64,000 bases of DNA from Patescibacteria group bacterium (lineage in GTDB: Bacteria; Patescibacteriota; Minisyncoccia; Minisyncoccales; RBG-13-42-11): positions 3,823-67,822 of the forward strand of contig DATKWJ010000018.1 of NCBI GenBank assembly GCA_035529635.1, read 5' to 3'. The first letter of the stretch is position 1; every line of letters begins with the position of its first letter. Position numbers and translations under genes: made by a program. A model generated the notes under the pieces. The model was not told the origin of the DNA, searched no databases, and saw nothing but the letters and a program-made list of their open reading frames with translations. Positions 25,891 to 35,851 of the stretch are shown here, one piece after another.

Positions 25891-28676
25891 GAGTTTATTG
25901 CCTTTTTCAGATAGCGGCCGGTATGGCTCTTTTTGTTTTCGGCAATTTCAAGGGGAGTTCCTTCGGCCACCAAATAACCCCCTTTCTCTCCGCCTTCGGG
26001 ACCCAGATCCATAATCCAGTCGACGTTTTTGATTACGTCCAGATTATGCTCCACGATGAGAACCGTATTTCCTTTATCAACCAAGCTTTTCAAAATCCAA
26101 ACCAGCTTTTCGATATCGTGGGGGTGCAAGCCGGTGGTCGGCTCGTCCAGAATATACAAGCTTTTGCCAGTGGCTTTTTTGGAAAGTTCAGCCGCCAGTT
26201 TCACCCTTTGGGCTTCACCGCCTGACAAAGAAGGAGCCGGCTGGCCGAGATGAACGTAACCCAAGCCGACTTCGTCCAAAGTTTTCAGTTTTTCATAAAG
26301 ACCCGGCACGTTTTTGAAAAATTGCAAAGCTTCTTCAATAGTCATTTCCAAAACTTGGGCAATGTCTTTTCCTTTGTATTCAACGGACAAGGTTTCCTTG
26401 TTGAATCTTTTTCCCTGACATTCCGGGCATTGGACGTAGATATCCGGCAAAAAATACATTTCTATTTTTTTCGTCCCCTGGCCTTCGCAGAATTCACAGC
26501 GGCCGCCTTTGACGTTAAAGCTGAAACGGCCGGGCTGATAATTCCTGATTTTAGCTTCCTTCATCCCGGCGAATAAATCCCTTATATATGTAAAAGCATT
26601 GGTGTAAGTCGCCGGATTGCTTCTGGGAGTCCGGCCGATCGGCGACTGGTCGACTAGGACGACCTTGTTCAGAAACTCGGTTCCTGAAATTTCCTTGTGA
26701 ACGCCCGGTTCCTCTTTGCTCTTGTAAAATTTCTTCAAAAGCGCCTTGGCCAGAATATCGTTCATCAAGCTGCTCTTGCCGGAACCGGAAACCCCTGTCA
26801 GACAGACGAACCGGCCCAAAGGAATCTTTACATCAATATTCTTAAGATTATGCTCTTTGGCGCCCTTAATAACCAAATAATTGACAGCCGGAGCAGCCTG
26901 CCGGCCGACTCCCACCTTTTTCCTACCGGACAAATAATCCCCGGTCAGAGTGCGGCTTTTGAGCAGTTGTTTCGGCGTTCCCTGAAAAGTGATGCAGCCG
27001 CCATGCTGGCCGGCTTTGGGGCCGACGTCGATAACCCAATCAGCCGCCATAATCGTCTGGGAATCATGTTCCACCACTACCAGACTGTTGCCCAAATTTT
27101 TGAGTTTTTTCAAAGCACTGATTAATTTTTCCTGATCGCGGCTGTGAAGCCCGATCGAAGGCTCGTCCAAAACATATAAGACTCCGGTCAATTTCGAACC
27201 GATCTGGGTGGCCAATCTGATTCTCTGTTCTTCTCCCCCGGCCAGAGTGTCAGCCTGCCTGTCCAAAGTCAGATAATCCAGGCCGACGTCAATCAAAAAT
27301 TGCAGACGGTTGATGATTTCCCCGACGATCGGCTGGCCGATTTTCGCTTCGGCCGCCCTGAATTTTAAGTTTTTGAAAAATTCCTGCGCTTTGTTTATGG
27401 GCATTTCAACCAGAACGTCGATCGTTTTGCCGGCCATTCTGACGGCCATAACTTCGGCTTTCAGCCTTTTTCCCTGGCACTGTTCGCATTTCTTTTCAAC
27501 CATGTAGCGTTCGATTTCGCTTCTCGTATAATCCGAATCTGTTTCGCGGTATTTTCTTTCCAAGCCTGGAATCACGCCCTCAAAATCCTGGCTGCCGTAG
27601 AGAATCAGATCAATGACTTTGGCAGGCAATTCCTTGACCGGCACGTCCAGGGAAAAATTCCGTTTCTCGGCCAGATTGTGCAGCTGTTCCCAAAAATAAC
27701 CCTGCCGGCCGACTTTGTGGGAAGCGTGTGACCAAGGAAAGATAGCGCCTTCGGCAATGGTTAAATTGGGGTTGGGAATGACCAGGTCAGGCGAAACTTC
27801 CAGCTTTTCCCCCAATCCCTGGCAGCCGGGACAAGCGCCGAAAGGAGAGTTGAAAGAAAAAAGGCGCGGTTCCAATTCCGGCAAAGATACGCCGCATTTT
27901 TCGCAGGCGAAATGAGATGAAAAAACCAAATCCGCTGATTTGTTTTTTGAATTGGCCACAATGGCGGTTCCTTTGCCCAGTTTCAAAGCCATTTCCAAAG
28001 AATCAGCCAATCTCGGCTTGTCCGATTTTTTATTCAAAATCAGGCCGTCAACCACCACTTCAATCCAGTGTTTCTTATTTTTATCCAAATTTCCCCCTGA
28101 AATCTCTTCCAGCTTGTAAATTATGCCGTCAACTCTTGTTCTGACGAAACCAGCTCTTTTAATCTCTTCCAATATCCCCTGATGTTCGCCTTTTTTGCCA
28201 CGGATTAAAGGACCTAGGATAACGATTTCCCTGTTTCCGGGCAATTTCAAAAGTTGCTCGATGATTTGGCCGGCTGTTTGGCGGCTGATCAACTGGCCGC
28301 ATTTCGGACAAAAAGGCCGGCCCATTCTAGCGAAGAGAAGGCGGAGATAATCGTAAATTTCGGTAATCGTACCGACGGTCGAGCGAGGATTGCGTGAGGC
28401 TTTTCTCTGATCGATTGAAATGGCCGGGCTGATGCCTTCAATGGAATCCGCTTCCGGCTTCTGTGTTATTCCTCCCAGGAACTGCCTGACGTAAGCGGAC
28501 AAGCTTTCAACATAGACCCGACGGCCCTCGGCATATAAGGTATCAAAAGCCAAAGACGATTTTCCCGAACCGGAAAGGCCGGTAATCGCCACCAGCTTGT
28601 TTTTAGGTATATCCAAACTGATATTCCGCAGATTGTGGACGCGCACTCCTCTTATTTTGATGAAATCAGCGGCCAT
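25887..28676 (-). CDS. uvrA: excinuclease ABC subunit UvrA
   Basis: 929 aa. Two ABC ATPase modules ([12 protein letters not shown]; [10 protein letters not shown]), zinc-finger cysteines, and LSGGEAQR signatures. Confidence 0.98.
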   Translation of the reverse strand: MAADFIKIRGVRVHNLRNISLDIPKNKLVAITGLSGSGKSSLAFDTLYAEGRRVYVESLSAYVRQFLGGITQKPEADSIEGISPAISIDQRKASRNPRSTVGTITEIYDYLRLLFARMGRPFCPKCGQLISRQTAGQIIEQLLKLPGNREIVILGPLIRGKKGEHQGILEEIKRAGFVRTRVDGIIYKLEEISGGNLDKNKKHWIEVVVDGLILNKKSDKPRLADSLEMALKLGKGTAIVANSKNKSADLVFSSHFACEKCGVSLPELEPRLFSFNSPFGACPGCQGLGEKLEVSPDLVIPNPNLTIAEGAIFPWSHASHKVGRQGYFWEQLHNLAEKRNFSLDVPVKELPAKVIDLILYGSQDFEGVIPGLERKYRETDSDYTRSEIERYMVEKKCEQCQGKRLKAEVMAVRMAGKTIDVLVEMPINKAQEFFKNLKFRAAEAKIGQPIVGEIINRLQFLIDVGLDYLTLDRQADTLAGGEEQRIRLATQIGSKLTGVLYVLDEPSIGLHSRDQEKLISALKKLKNLGNSLVVVEHDSQTIMAADWVIDVGPKAGQHGGCITFQGTPKQLLKSRTLTGDYLSGRKKVGVGRQAAPAVNYLVIKGAKEHNLKNIDVKIPLGRFVCLTGVSGSGKSSLMNDILAKALLKKFYKSKEEPGVHKEISGTEFLNKVVLVDQSPIGRTPRSNPATYTNAFTYIRDLFAGMKEAKIRNYQPGRFSFNVKGGRCEFCEGQGTKKIEMYFLPDIYVQCPECQGKRFNKETLSVEYKGKDIAQVLEMTIEEALQFFKNVPGLYEKLKTLDEVGLGYVHLGQPAPSLSGGEAQRVKLAAELSKKATGKSLYILDEPTTGLHPHDIEKLVWILKSLVDKGNTVLIVEHNLDVIKNVDWIMDLGPEGGEKGGYLVAEGTPLEIAENKKSHTGRYLKKAINS

Positions 28677-28769
28677 AATTAACGATTATATCCCAGATCT
28701 CCGGAATTTTCAAGAATGGCCACCAGAGCTTGATTGCAAAACGGAACTCTGCTATCATCTTATAAAGAC

Positions 28770-29132
28770 ATGTCTAATTTGCTTTATCAGATTATCGGCG
28801 GCATCCTGAGTTTTTGGCTGGCCGTGGAATTCGTACCCGGGGTTGAATTCACCGGAGAACTTAAATATTTGGCGATGGCCGGAGCTTTCCTCGGCTTGAT
28901 CAATTTTTTCATTAAGCCGATTCTGAAAACGATCACCCTGCCTTTGAGATTTTTGACTTTCGGTCTTTTCAGTTTAATAATCAATATGGCCCTGATATGG
29001 TTTGTCGACGTCGTTTTCCCGGAACTGACCGTGGCCGGCATTATTCCCCTCTTTTGGACGACCGTAATCGTTTGGCTGATCGGTTATTTTTTGGGCCGCC
29101 GACAACCGAAAAATAAAAAAACAATAATCTAA
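28770..29132 (+). CDS. phage-holin-family / DUF360-like 4-TM membrane protein
   Basis: About four TM helices and the motif [32 protein letters not shown]. The likely start is the ATG at 28770 (MSNLLYQ); the track start is 28734. Confidence 0.55.
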   Translation: MSNLLYQIIGGILSFWLAVEFVPGVEFTGELKYLAMAGAFLGLINFFIKPILKTITLPLRFLTFGLFSLIINMALIWFVDVVFPELTVAGIIPLFWTTVIVWLIGYFLGRRQPKNKKTII

Positions 29133-29139
29133 AAATATC

Positions 29140-29355
29140 ATGCTGCAGTATTTGACTTTAGCTCAAATTATAGTATCCGTTATTTTGGTTGTCTTAATCC
29201 TTCTCCAGCAAAGAGGAACCGCTTTGGGTTCGGCTTTCGGACAGGAAGGAGGCTTTTACGCCACCAGAAGGGGCATCCAGAAAAAAATCTTTTGGGGAAC
29301 AATAGTCTTCGGAATTTTATTCATCGTCCTGGCTATCTTGAATCTCCTTTTTTAA
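29140..29355 (+). CDS. secG: preprotein translocase subunit SecG
   Basis: 71 aa with two TM helices and the LLQQRGTALGSAFG motif. Confidence 0.75.
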   Translation: MLQYLTLAQIIVSVILVVLILLQQRGTALGSAFGQEGGFYATRRGIQKKIFWGTIVFGILFIVLAILNLLF

Positions 29356-29436
29356 ACACCCGCCATCTCCTAAACGCTTCTTCCTGCTACGGCGGGCCCC
29401 GTTAAAATTATCCGGAGATTAGACTTTCTAAAAACT

Positions 29437-31464
29437 ATGGAATACCGCCAAGGTATCAAACGGCTTCTGACCCTGACGGGCTGGAAGCAATTCTTGAAAA
29501 TCTTAGACAAGAAGGAAAAAATCGCTTTCTTTGTTTTTTCATCCCTGGCTTTGATTAGTTTTCTTTTCCTGACAATTGATTTTTATTTCAAAAACACGGA
29601 AATCAGGCCGGCAAAAGGCGGGGTTTATATAGAAGGCGTAGTCGGTTCCCCACGCTGGATCAATCCGATTTATCCGGCTTACGACGTTGACCGCGACCTG
29701 ATTGAACTGATTTATGCGGGGCTAATGAAATACGACGAAAAAGGAGAAATTGTTCTTGATCTGGCAAAAGGATACGAAATCATCGAAGACGGCAAGATTT
29801 TTGAATTCCGTCTGAAAGAAAATCTCCTTTGGTCGGACGGCCAGCCTCTGACGGCCGACGACGTGATTTTCACCATCGAAACCATCCAGAATCCGGCAGT
29901 CAAAAGCCCAATCAGGGCGAAATGGCTCGGGGTAACGGTGAAAAAAGTTTCAGATTTAACGATCTATTTCGAATTGAAAAATCCCTCAGCTGTTTTTTTG
30001 GAAAACTGCACTTTGAAAATCATCCCCAAGCACGTTTGGGAAAAAATACCCTGCCAAAATTTCTCCTTATCAGCTTACAATCTGGAACCGATCGGCGCCG
30101 GCCCTTACCTGATAAAAAATGCGGTCAAAGACAAGGAAGATAAGGCAGGCAATATCAAATCCTTGGAACTGGCGGCCAATCCCAATTATCACGGAGAACC
30201 TTATTACATCCCGAAAATAATCTTTTATTTTTTCAATAATGAAAACGAATTGATTTCAGCTTTGAATTCCAGACAAATCAAGGGATTCTTTTACAGCCCG
30301 GTGAAAAAATACGATAATTTGAAGACCGACGAGTTCTCCGAATACCGCCTGCTCTTGCCGAGCTATTTCGCCGTTTTCTTCAATCCCGAGGAAGCGAAAG
30401 TTCTGGCCAATAAAAAAATCAGGCAGGCCTTGAACTACGCCACGGACAAAGAAGAAATCATCAGGGAAATTTCAGCCGGTAAAGGAAAAACAACGGATTC
30501 GCCGATTCTGCCGGAAATCTACGGCTTCGAAAACCCGGCAGAAATCTATGAATTCGACCCGGAAAAAGCCGAACGAATTTTAGACGAAGCTGGTTTTGTC
30601 AAAAATGAAAACGGTTCCAGGGAAAAAACGACCACCAAACAGCCGGCTTTCCAATTCAAGAACAACCTCCAGACCGGCTCTCAGGGGAGCGAAGTCCAGG
30701 AATTGCAGAAATGCCTAGCTAAAGACCCTGACGTTTATCCCGCAGGGGAAATCAGCGGTTATTTCGGCGAAAAAACCAAGAGTGCCGTAATCAAGTTTCA
30801 AGAAAAATACAAAGAAGAAATACTGGTTCCTTACGGCTTGACCGCCGGCACCGGCAGCGTTCTCAAAAGCACCAGAGACAAATTAAACCAGCTCTGCGCC
30901 GCTCCTTCAACGGAAACAGCTTCTCTTTCTTTCACTTTAACCACTTCGGTGGCGGACGCCGCCAATCCGATTCTAGAGCAGCTAGCCGATCTTTTGAAAA
31001 AACAATGGGAAAAAATAGGCATAAACATCGAAATCCAAACCGTTGTTAAAAACGGCAATGGAGAAATCAAAGATTTTTCGGAAGGAATAATCAAGCCGAG
31101 AAATTACCAAATGGTTCTTTACGGCCAAGTATTGGAACTGATTCCCGACCCCTTCGTCTATTGGCATTCTTCCCAAACAAAAGATCCTGGTCTTAATCTG
31201 GCCGGCTATGAAAACAAAGATGCCGACAAACTGCTGGAAAAAGCCAGGCAAACCCTGGATAAGGAAGAAAGGCAAGCGGTTTTGGAAGAATTTCAGGATA
31301 TTCTGATAAAAGACGCTCCGGCCGTATTTCTTTACAGCCCCGAATATTCTTACTTTATTTCCAAAGAAGTAAGGGGCGCAACCGACAAAATCGTCAGCGA
31401 CCCGTCGAAAAGATTCTCCGATATGGCCAATTGGTATTTCAAGACGGAAAGAGCCTTTAAATAA
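29437..31464 (+). CDS. ABC transporter substrate-binding protein (family 5, peptide/nickel type) with inserted peptidoglycan-binding domain
   Basis: 675 aa with an N-terminal TM anchor. SBP_bac_5-like blocks are present (LLWSDGQPLTADDVIFT, GAGPY). The insert GSQGSEVQELQKCLAKDPDVYPAGEISGYFGEKTKSAVIKFQEKY matches the PG_binding_1 pattern. Confidence 0.8.
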   Translation: MEYRQGIKRLLTLTGWKQFLKILDKKEKIAFFVFSSLALISFLFLTIDFYFKNTEIRPAKGGVYIEGVVGSPRWINPIYPAYDVDRDLIELIYAGLMKYDEKGEIVLDLAKGYEIIEDGKIFEFRLKENLLWSDGQPLTADDVIFTIETIQNPAVKSPIRAKWLGVTVKKVSDLTIYFELKNPSAVFLENCTLKIIPKHVWEKIPCQNFSLSAYNLEPIGAGPYLIKNAVKDKEDKAGNIKSLELAANPNYHGEPYYIPKIIFYFFNNENELISALNSRQIKGFFYSPVKKYDNLKTDEFSEYRLLLPSYFAVFFNPEEAKVLANKKIRQALNYATDKEEIIREISAGKGKTTDSPILPEIYGFENPAEIYEFDPEKAERILDEAGFVKNENGSREKTTTKQPAFQFKNNLQTGSQGSEVQELQKCLAKDPDVYPAGEISGYFGEKTKSAVIKFQEKYKEEILVPYGLTAGTGSVLKSTRDKLNQLCAAPSTETASLSFTLTTSVADAANPILEQLADLLKKQWEKIGINIEIQTVVKNGNGEIKDFSEGIIKPRNYQMVLYGQVLELIPDPFVYWHSSQTKDPGLNLAGYENKDADKLLEKARQTLDKEERQAVLEEFQDILIKDAPAVFLYSPEYSYFISKEVRGATDKIVSDPSKRFSDMANWYFKTERAFK

Positions 31465-31485
31465 ACAATCAATTTAAAAAATACC

Positions 31486-32079
31486 ATGGAGGAAAACCGA
31501 AAATTCCAGAATAAAAAACCCACTTGGATCCGCTATTTAAAAGAGATAGAAAACGTTTTATACGACCGAAAATGGGCTGAAACAGCTGAAAATTTTCCGG
31601 TTTATTACGTCTGGAGGGGAGTGGAACAACAAGGGGATTTAAGGTATGATATCACCGTCATCCCACCCAAAATGCTGGGAAAGGAATTTCCCAAAACCAA
31701 AGGACACAAACATATTAATAATTTTTCGGAACTGATAACCGTTCTGGAAGGCGAAGCTTTTTATCTTGCCCAATGGGAGGAGGACAACCGGACCGAAGTG
31801 ATAAAAGCCGGCAAAGGAGATTGGATAATTTATCCGCCGAACTGCCATCACTTGACGATCAATCCCGGCAATAAAGAACTGGTGATGGCCAACTGGCTGT
31901 CCGATAAATGCCAGAGCGATTATTCTTTTTTTGAAAAATTCGGGGGAGCCGCTTACTTTTACACCGAAGACGGCTGGGTCAAGAATGAAAAATACGGAAA
32001 AATCCCAGAAATAAAATTCAAAAAACCTTTAAAGACAAAACCTGAGAACTTCGATTTCTTATATGGCGACAAACGTTAA
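31486..32079 (+). CDS. cupin-type glucose-6-phosphate isomerase (archaeal cPGI-like)
   Basis: 197 aa. The cupin metal motif is TKGHKH…E…VLEGEAFY … PPNCHH. It overlaps galU by 17 nt. Confidence 0.6.
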   Translation: MEENRKFQNKKPTWIRYLKEIENVLYDRKWAETAENFPVYYVWRGVEQQGDLRYDITVIPPKMLGKEFPKTKGHKHINNFSELITVLEGEAFYLAQWEEDNRTEVIKAGKGDWIIYPPNCHHLTINPGNKELVMANWLSDKCQSDYSFFEKFGGAAYFYTEDGWVKNEKYGKIPEIKFKKPLKTKPENFDFLYGDKR

Positions 32080-32947
32080 AAAAGCCGTTATTCCCATCGC
32101 CGGATTAGGAACAAGATTCTTGCCTTTAAGTAAGGCATTGCCGAAAGAATTCTGGCCTTTGGCCGATTTACCAACCATCCAGTACATAGTTGAAGAAGCG
32201 GCTGCGGCCGGCATCAAGGAAATAATCTTCACAGTCAAGCCGGGATATAAAAAAGTTTTGGATTATTTCAAGGAAAACCGCGATCTGGAAAAAAGACTAA
32301 AAAAGAACAGAAAATACGAAATTTTGAAATCCCTTGAGAAATTGACAAAACTTTCCGAAAAAATATCTTTTTCTCAGGTCGTACAAAAAAATCCTTTGGG
32401 CGACGGCCACGCCGTCCTGCAGGCCAAAAAATCGGTCAAAAAAGAGCCATGTCTTGTTTTATTCGGCGACGATATCGTTGACGCAAAAATCCCCTGTTCC
32501 CGGCAACTGGTCAAGATTTTCAAAGAGCGCCGCAAACCAATCATCGCCCTGCACAAGCTGCCGCCGGAAAAACTTTCTTCCTACGGCATCGTCAGGGTTG
32601 AAAAAATCAGGCCGCGGCTTTATAAGATAAAAGGTATAGAAGAAAAGCCGGAGCCGGGTAAAGCTCCCTCTAATTTGGCCATTGTCGGCAAATACGTCAT
32701 TGACTCCGAGGTTTTCAATTTCCTGGAGAAGACGCCTTCCCGGGCCAAAGGGGAAATAAGGTTGGCCGGCGCTTTCAACGAAATGATTAAAAAAGGCCTG
32801 ACTGTTTACGGCTACGAATTCGAAGGCAAATGGCTAGAATGCGGCAATAAACTGGCTTATTTGAAATCGAATCTTTATCTTTCTTTAAAACATCCCCGAT
32901 TCGGCAAAGAGCTTAAAAAATTTCTTAAGGAAGAAAAACTCGTTTAA
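32063..32947 (+). CDS. galU: UTP--glucose-1-phosphate uridylyltransferase
   Basis: KAVIPIAGLGTRFLPLSKALPKEFWPL at the N-terminus, plus VEKP-like IEEKPEPGKAPSNLAIVGKYV. Confidence 0.9.
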   Translation: MATNVKKAVIPIAGLGTRFLPLSKALPKEFWPLADLPTIQYIVEEAAAAGIKEIIFTVKPGYKKVLDYFKENRDLEKRLKKNRKYEILKSLEKLTKLSEKISFSQVVQKNPLGDGHAVLQAKKSVKKEPCLVLFGDDIVDAKIPCSRQLVKIFKERRKPIIALHKLPPEKLSSYGIVRVEKIRPRLYKIKGIEEKPEPGKAPSNLAIVGKYVIDSEVFNFLEKTPSRAKGEIRLAGAFNEMIKKGLTVYGYEFEGKWLECGNKLAYLKSNLYLSLKHPRFGKELKKFLKEEKLV

Positions 32948-32975
32948 GCGGACGTGGCGGAACTGGCAGACATGA
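32948..32975 (+). pseudogene. tRNA-Leu-like 5' fragment (acceptor plus D-arm only)
   Basis: GCGGACGTGGCGGAACTGGCAGACATG aligns colinearly with the 5' part of the intact tRNA-Leu 115 nt downstream (GCCGAGGTGATGAAACTGGAAAACATG). There is no matching 3' acceptor strand (CGTCCGC) downstream, and no anticodon or T arm. Confidence 0.5.
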
Positions 32976-33062
32976 GAGGAAGCCAAAAAAATAAAGATTA
33001 CAAAGCAAAATGGAGCCCTAAGATTGCATATGCTGTTGGATTATTGTGGAACAATTTTTGAA

Positions 33063-33145
33063 GCCGAGGTGATGAAACTGGAAAACATGCACGGTTCAGG
33101 ACCGTGTGCCCTAAAGGCTTGCGGGTTCAAATCCCGCCCTCGGCA
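33063..33145 (+). tRNA. tRNA-Leu (anticodon CAG)
   Basis: Acceptor GCCGAGG/CCTCGGC, anticodon stem-loop CACGG-TTCAGGA-CCGTG, long variable arm GCC-CTAAA-GGC, and T-arm GCGGG-TTCAAAT-CCCGC. Confidence 0.9.
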
Positions 33146-33171
33146 CCGATTAATTAACTCTTAATAAAAAT

Positions 33172-34863
33172 ATGATAAAACAACCAAAACAAGGAAATTT
33201 TAGAATTGTGCCGCTCGGCGGACAGGAAGAAGTTGGCAGAAATATGACGGTTTTCGAATACGAAAACGACATTGTCATCGTCGACATGGGAATCCAATTC
33301 CCGGAGGAAGACATGCCTGGTATCGATTACATCATTCCCAACATCAATTATCTCAAAGACAAATCGAAAAAAATAAAAGCCGTGGTTTTCACCCACGGCC
33401 ATCTGGACCATATCGGAGCCGCTCCCATCCTTTTGGAAAAACTGGGCTATCCCCTGGTTATCAGCCGGGAATTCACCGTGGCTTTAATCAGGCGCAAAAT
33501 GGAAGAATACAAGAAAGGATCGACCTCCCGCTTGAAAACCATCCAATTGAAACCGAATCTCTCTAAAGAAAGAATTAATTTGGGACAGTTGAAATTAAGT
33601 TTTTTCGACGTTGAACATTCCATTATGGATTCCGTCGGAGTGGTGATTTCAAGCCCAGCGGCCACGGTCATCCATATGGGCGACTGGACGCTCGACGTAG
33701 GTTTGAGCGAAAAAAAACTATCTTATGACTTTCTCTCGAAACTGCCCAAACCGACTGTCTTGATGATTGAAAGCTTAGGAGCGGTCAATAAGCAGCCGCT
33801 GGTTACCGAAGAAAACATGTGGGAGAACATCAGAAAAATCATTGATACTGCTCCCGGAAGATTGATTATCGCCACTTTTTCCACCCAAGTCAAAAGAATC
33901 AGGGAAATCCTTAATTATCTGCAGAAAGTCGGCAAGAAAGTGGCTATTGACGGCTACAGTATGAGAATGATCTTGGAAATAGCCAAAAAAATGGGCTATA
34001 TTAAAATCGGCCGGGAAACCCTTATCGACATTAAAAAAATAAACGATTATCCGCCGAACAAAGTGGTCATAATCTGCACCGGCGCCCAGGGAGAACCGCA
34101 AGCCGTTCTTTCCCGGATAGTCGCCGACAGCCACAATTACGTGAAACTCAAGAAAAGCGACACCATTCTTTTCTCCTCCTCCATTATTCCCGGCAATGAA
34201 AGAACCATCCAGTCTTTGAAAGACGGCCTTTACCGCAAATGCGACAACGTCATTCACAATGAAATCATGGACGTCCACGTCAGCGGCCACAACAACATCC
34301 AGGCCATCCGGGAAGTGGTCAGGCAGATAAAGCCGACTTACGTCCTGCCAGTTTACGCCAACCATTATTTCCTAAAAGAAGCCAAGAAAGTCATCAAAGA
34401 AACCGGCTTTCCCGAAAATAACGTCTTTGTCCTGGACAACGGCCATATCATCAATTTTTACAAAGAAAACAGGCCGTTTATCGAGAAAGAAAAAACTGAT
34501 ACGAGTTATATCTTCGTCGACGGCTTGGGCATCGGCGATGTGGGGGAAATCGTCTTAAGGGACCGGCAAATGCTGGCTAAAGACGGCATGTTCGTCATCG
34601 TGGTGGTGGTGGATAAACAAACTGGCAAAGTCAAAGGTTCTCCTGATATAATATCAAGAGGGTTCATTTATCTCAGGGAATCGAAAGAACTGCTCAGAGA
34701 CACGCGCAAAAAAGTGATTGAAATAGTCCATCAGGCGACCGGTTCGGAAAAAGTCGCCAATTGGAGCTACATCAAGGACGAAATCCGCAATAAAATCGGC
34801 CAATTCTTTTACATCAGGACGCAAAGGCGACCGATGATTCTGCCGGTCGTCATAGAAGTCTAA
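33172..34863 (+). CDS. rnj: ribonuclease J
   Basis: 563 aa. It has the metallo-beta-lactamase motif THGHLDHIGA, a beta-CASP region, and HVSGH. Confidence 0.9.
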   Translation: MIKQPKQGNFRIVPLGGQEEVGRNMTVFEYENDIVIVDMGIQFPEEDMPGIDYIIPNINYLKDKSKKIKAVVFTHGHLDHIGAAPILLEKLGYPLVISREFTVALIRRKMEEYKKGSTSRLKTIQLKPNLSKERINLGQLKLSFFDVEHSIMDSVGVVISSPAATVIHMGDWTLDVGLSEKKLSYDFLSKLPKPTVLMIESLGAVNKQPLVTEENMWENIRKIIDTAPGRLIIATFSTQVKRIREILNYLQKVGKKVAIDGYSMRMILEIAKKMGYIKIGRETLIDIKKINDYPPNKVVIICTGAQGEPQAVLSRIVADSHNYVKLKKSDTILFSSSIIPGNERTIQSLKDGLYRKCDNVIHNEIMDVHVSGHNNIQAIREVVRQIKPTYVLPVYANHYFLKEAKKVIKETGFPENNVFVLDNGHIINFYKENRPFIEKEKTDTSYIFVDGLGIGDVGEIVLRDRQMLAKDGMFVIVVVVDKQTGKVKGSPDIISRGFIYLRESKELLRDTRKKVIEIVHQATGSEKVANWSYIKDEIRNKIGQFFYIRTQRRPMILPVVIEV

Positions 34864-34867
34864 AAAC

Positions 34868-35842
34868 ATGCGCATCTTTTCCGGCATTCAGCCGACGGGA
34901 AAATTGCATATCGGAAATTATCTGGGAGCCATAAACCAATGGCTCGAACTTCAGGCAGAAAATGAATGCATCTTTTGCATTGTGGATCTGCACGCTTTGA
35001 CCGTCCCCTACGATCCGAAAACCCTCCAGGAATTAATCCTGGAAAAAGCCGTTATTTATCTGGCAGCCGGCATCAATCCCGAAAAATCGATAATCTTCGT
35101 CCAATCCCACGTCAAAGAACACAGCGAATTGGCCTGGCTATTGAACACCATCACGCCGCTCGGCGATTTGAGCAGAATGACCCAGTACAAGGAAAAAGCG
35201 AAAAAATTCAAGAAAAATCTCAACGCCGGCCTGCTTGATTATCCGGTTTTGATGGCAGCGGACATTCTCCTTTATAAAACGGAAACGGTTCCCGTAGGCG
35301 AAGACCAAAAGCAGCACGTCGAACTAGCCAGGACGATTGCCAGGAAATTCAACCAAAGATTCGGGGAAACGTTTAAAATTCCCGAAGCGAAACTGCCCAA
35401 GATCGGGGCGAGGATAATGTCTTTGAAAGACCCGAAAAGAAAGATGTCGAAAAGCGACCCTCCGGAAAGCCAAATCGGGCTTTTTGACGAACCTGAAGAA
35501 ATCCGGAAGAAAATAATGACGGCTGTCACCGACACGGGAAAAGTCGTCAAATACGACCCGGTGAAAAAAGCCGGCATCTCCAACCTTCTGACGATTTATT
35601 CCGTGTTTTCCGGAAAAACCGTCAAAGAAATAGAAAAGAAATTCAAGGAAAAAGGCTACGCCAACTTCAAAAAATCCCTTTCGGACCTTTTGATCGATTC
35701 GCTGGAACCTTTCCGGCGGAAAAAGAAAGAATTGCTGACCAGAGAAGTTTACGTCAAAGAAATCTTAAGCCAAGGAGCCAGACGCGCCCAAACTATCGCC
35801 CAGTCGACCATGCAGGAGGTTAAGAAAAAAATGGGCCTTTAA
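34868..35842 (+). CDS. trpS: tryptophan--tRNA ligase
   Basis: SGIQPTGKLHIGNYLG (HIGH motif) and KMSKS. Confidence 0.95.
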   Translation: MRIFSGIQPTGKLHIGNYLGAINQWLELQAENECIFCIVDLHALTVPYDPKTLQELILEKAVIYLAAGINPEKSIIFVQSHVKEHSELAWLLNTITPLGDLSRMTQYKEKAKKFKKNLNAGLLDYPVLMAADILLYKTETVPVGEDQKQHVELARTIARKFNQRFGETFKIPEAKLPKIGARIMSLKDPKRKMSKSDPPESQIGLFDEPEEIRKKIMTAVTDTGKVVKYDPVKKAGISNLLTIYSVFSGKTVKEIEKKFKEKGYANFKKSLSDLLIDSLEPFRRKKKELLTREVYVKEILSQGARRAQTIAQSTMQEVKKKMGL

Positions 35843-35851
35843 TTCTCAATT

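Noticed and set aside
32948-33145. Idea that the tRNA-like fragment plus the downstream tRNA form one intron-containing or split tRNA-Leu
   Set aside because: The 5' acceptor strand GCGGACG has no complementary CGTCCGC downstream. The downstream tRNA is complete on its own with acceptor GCCGAGG/CCTCGGC.
33775-34365. 196-aa minus-strand ORF
   Set aside because: It is antisense to RNase J, which has clear HGHLDH and beta-CASP motifs on the + strand.
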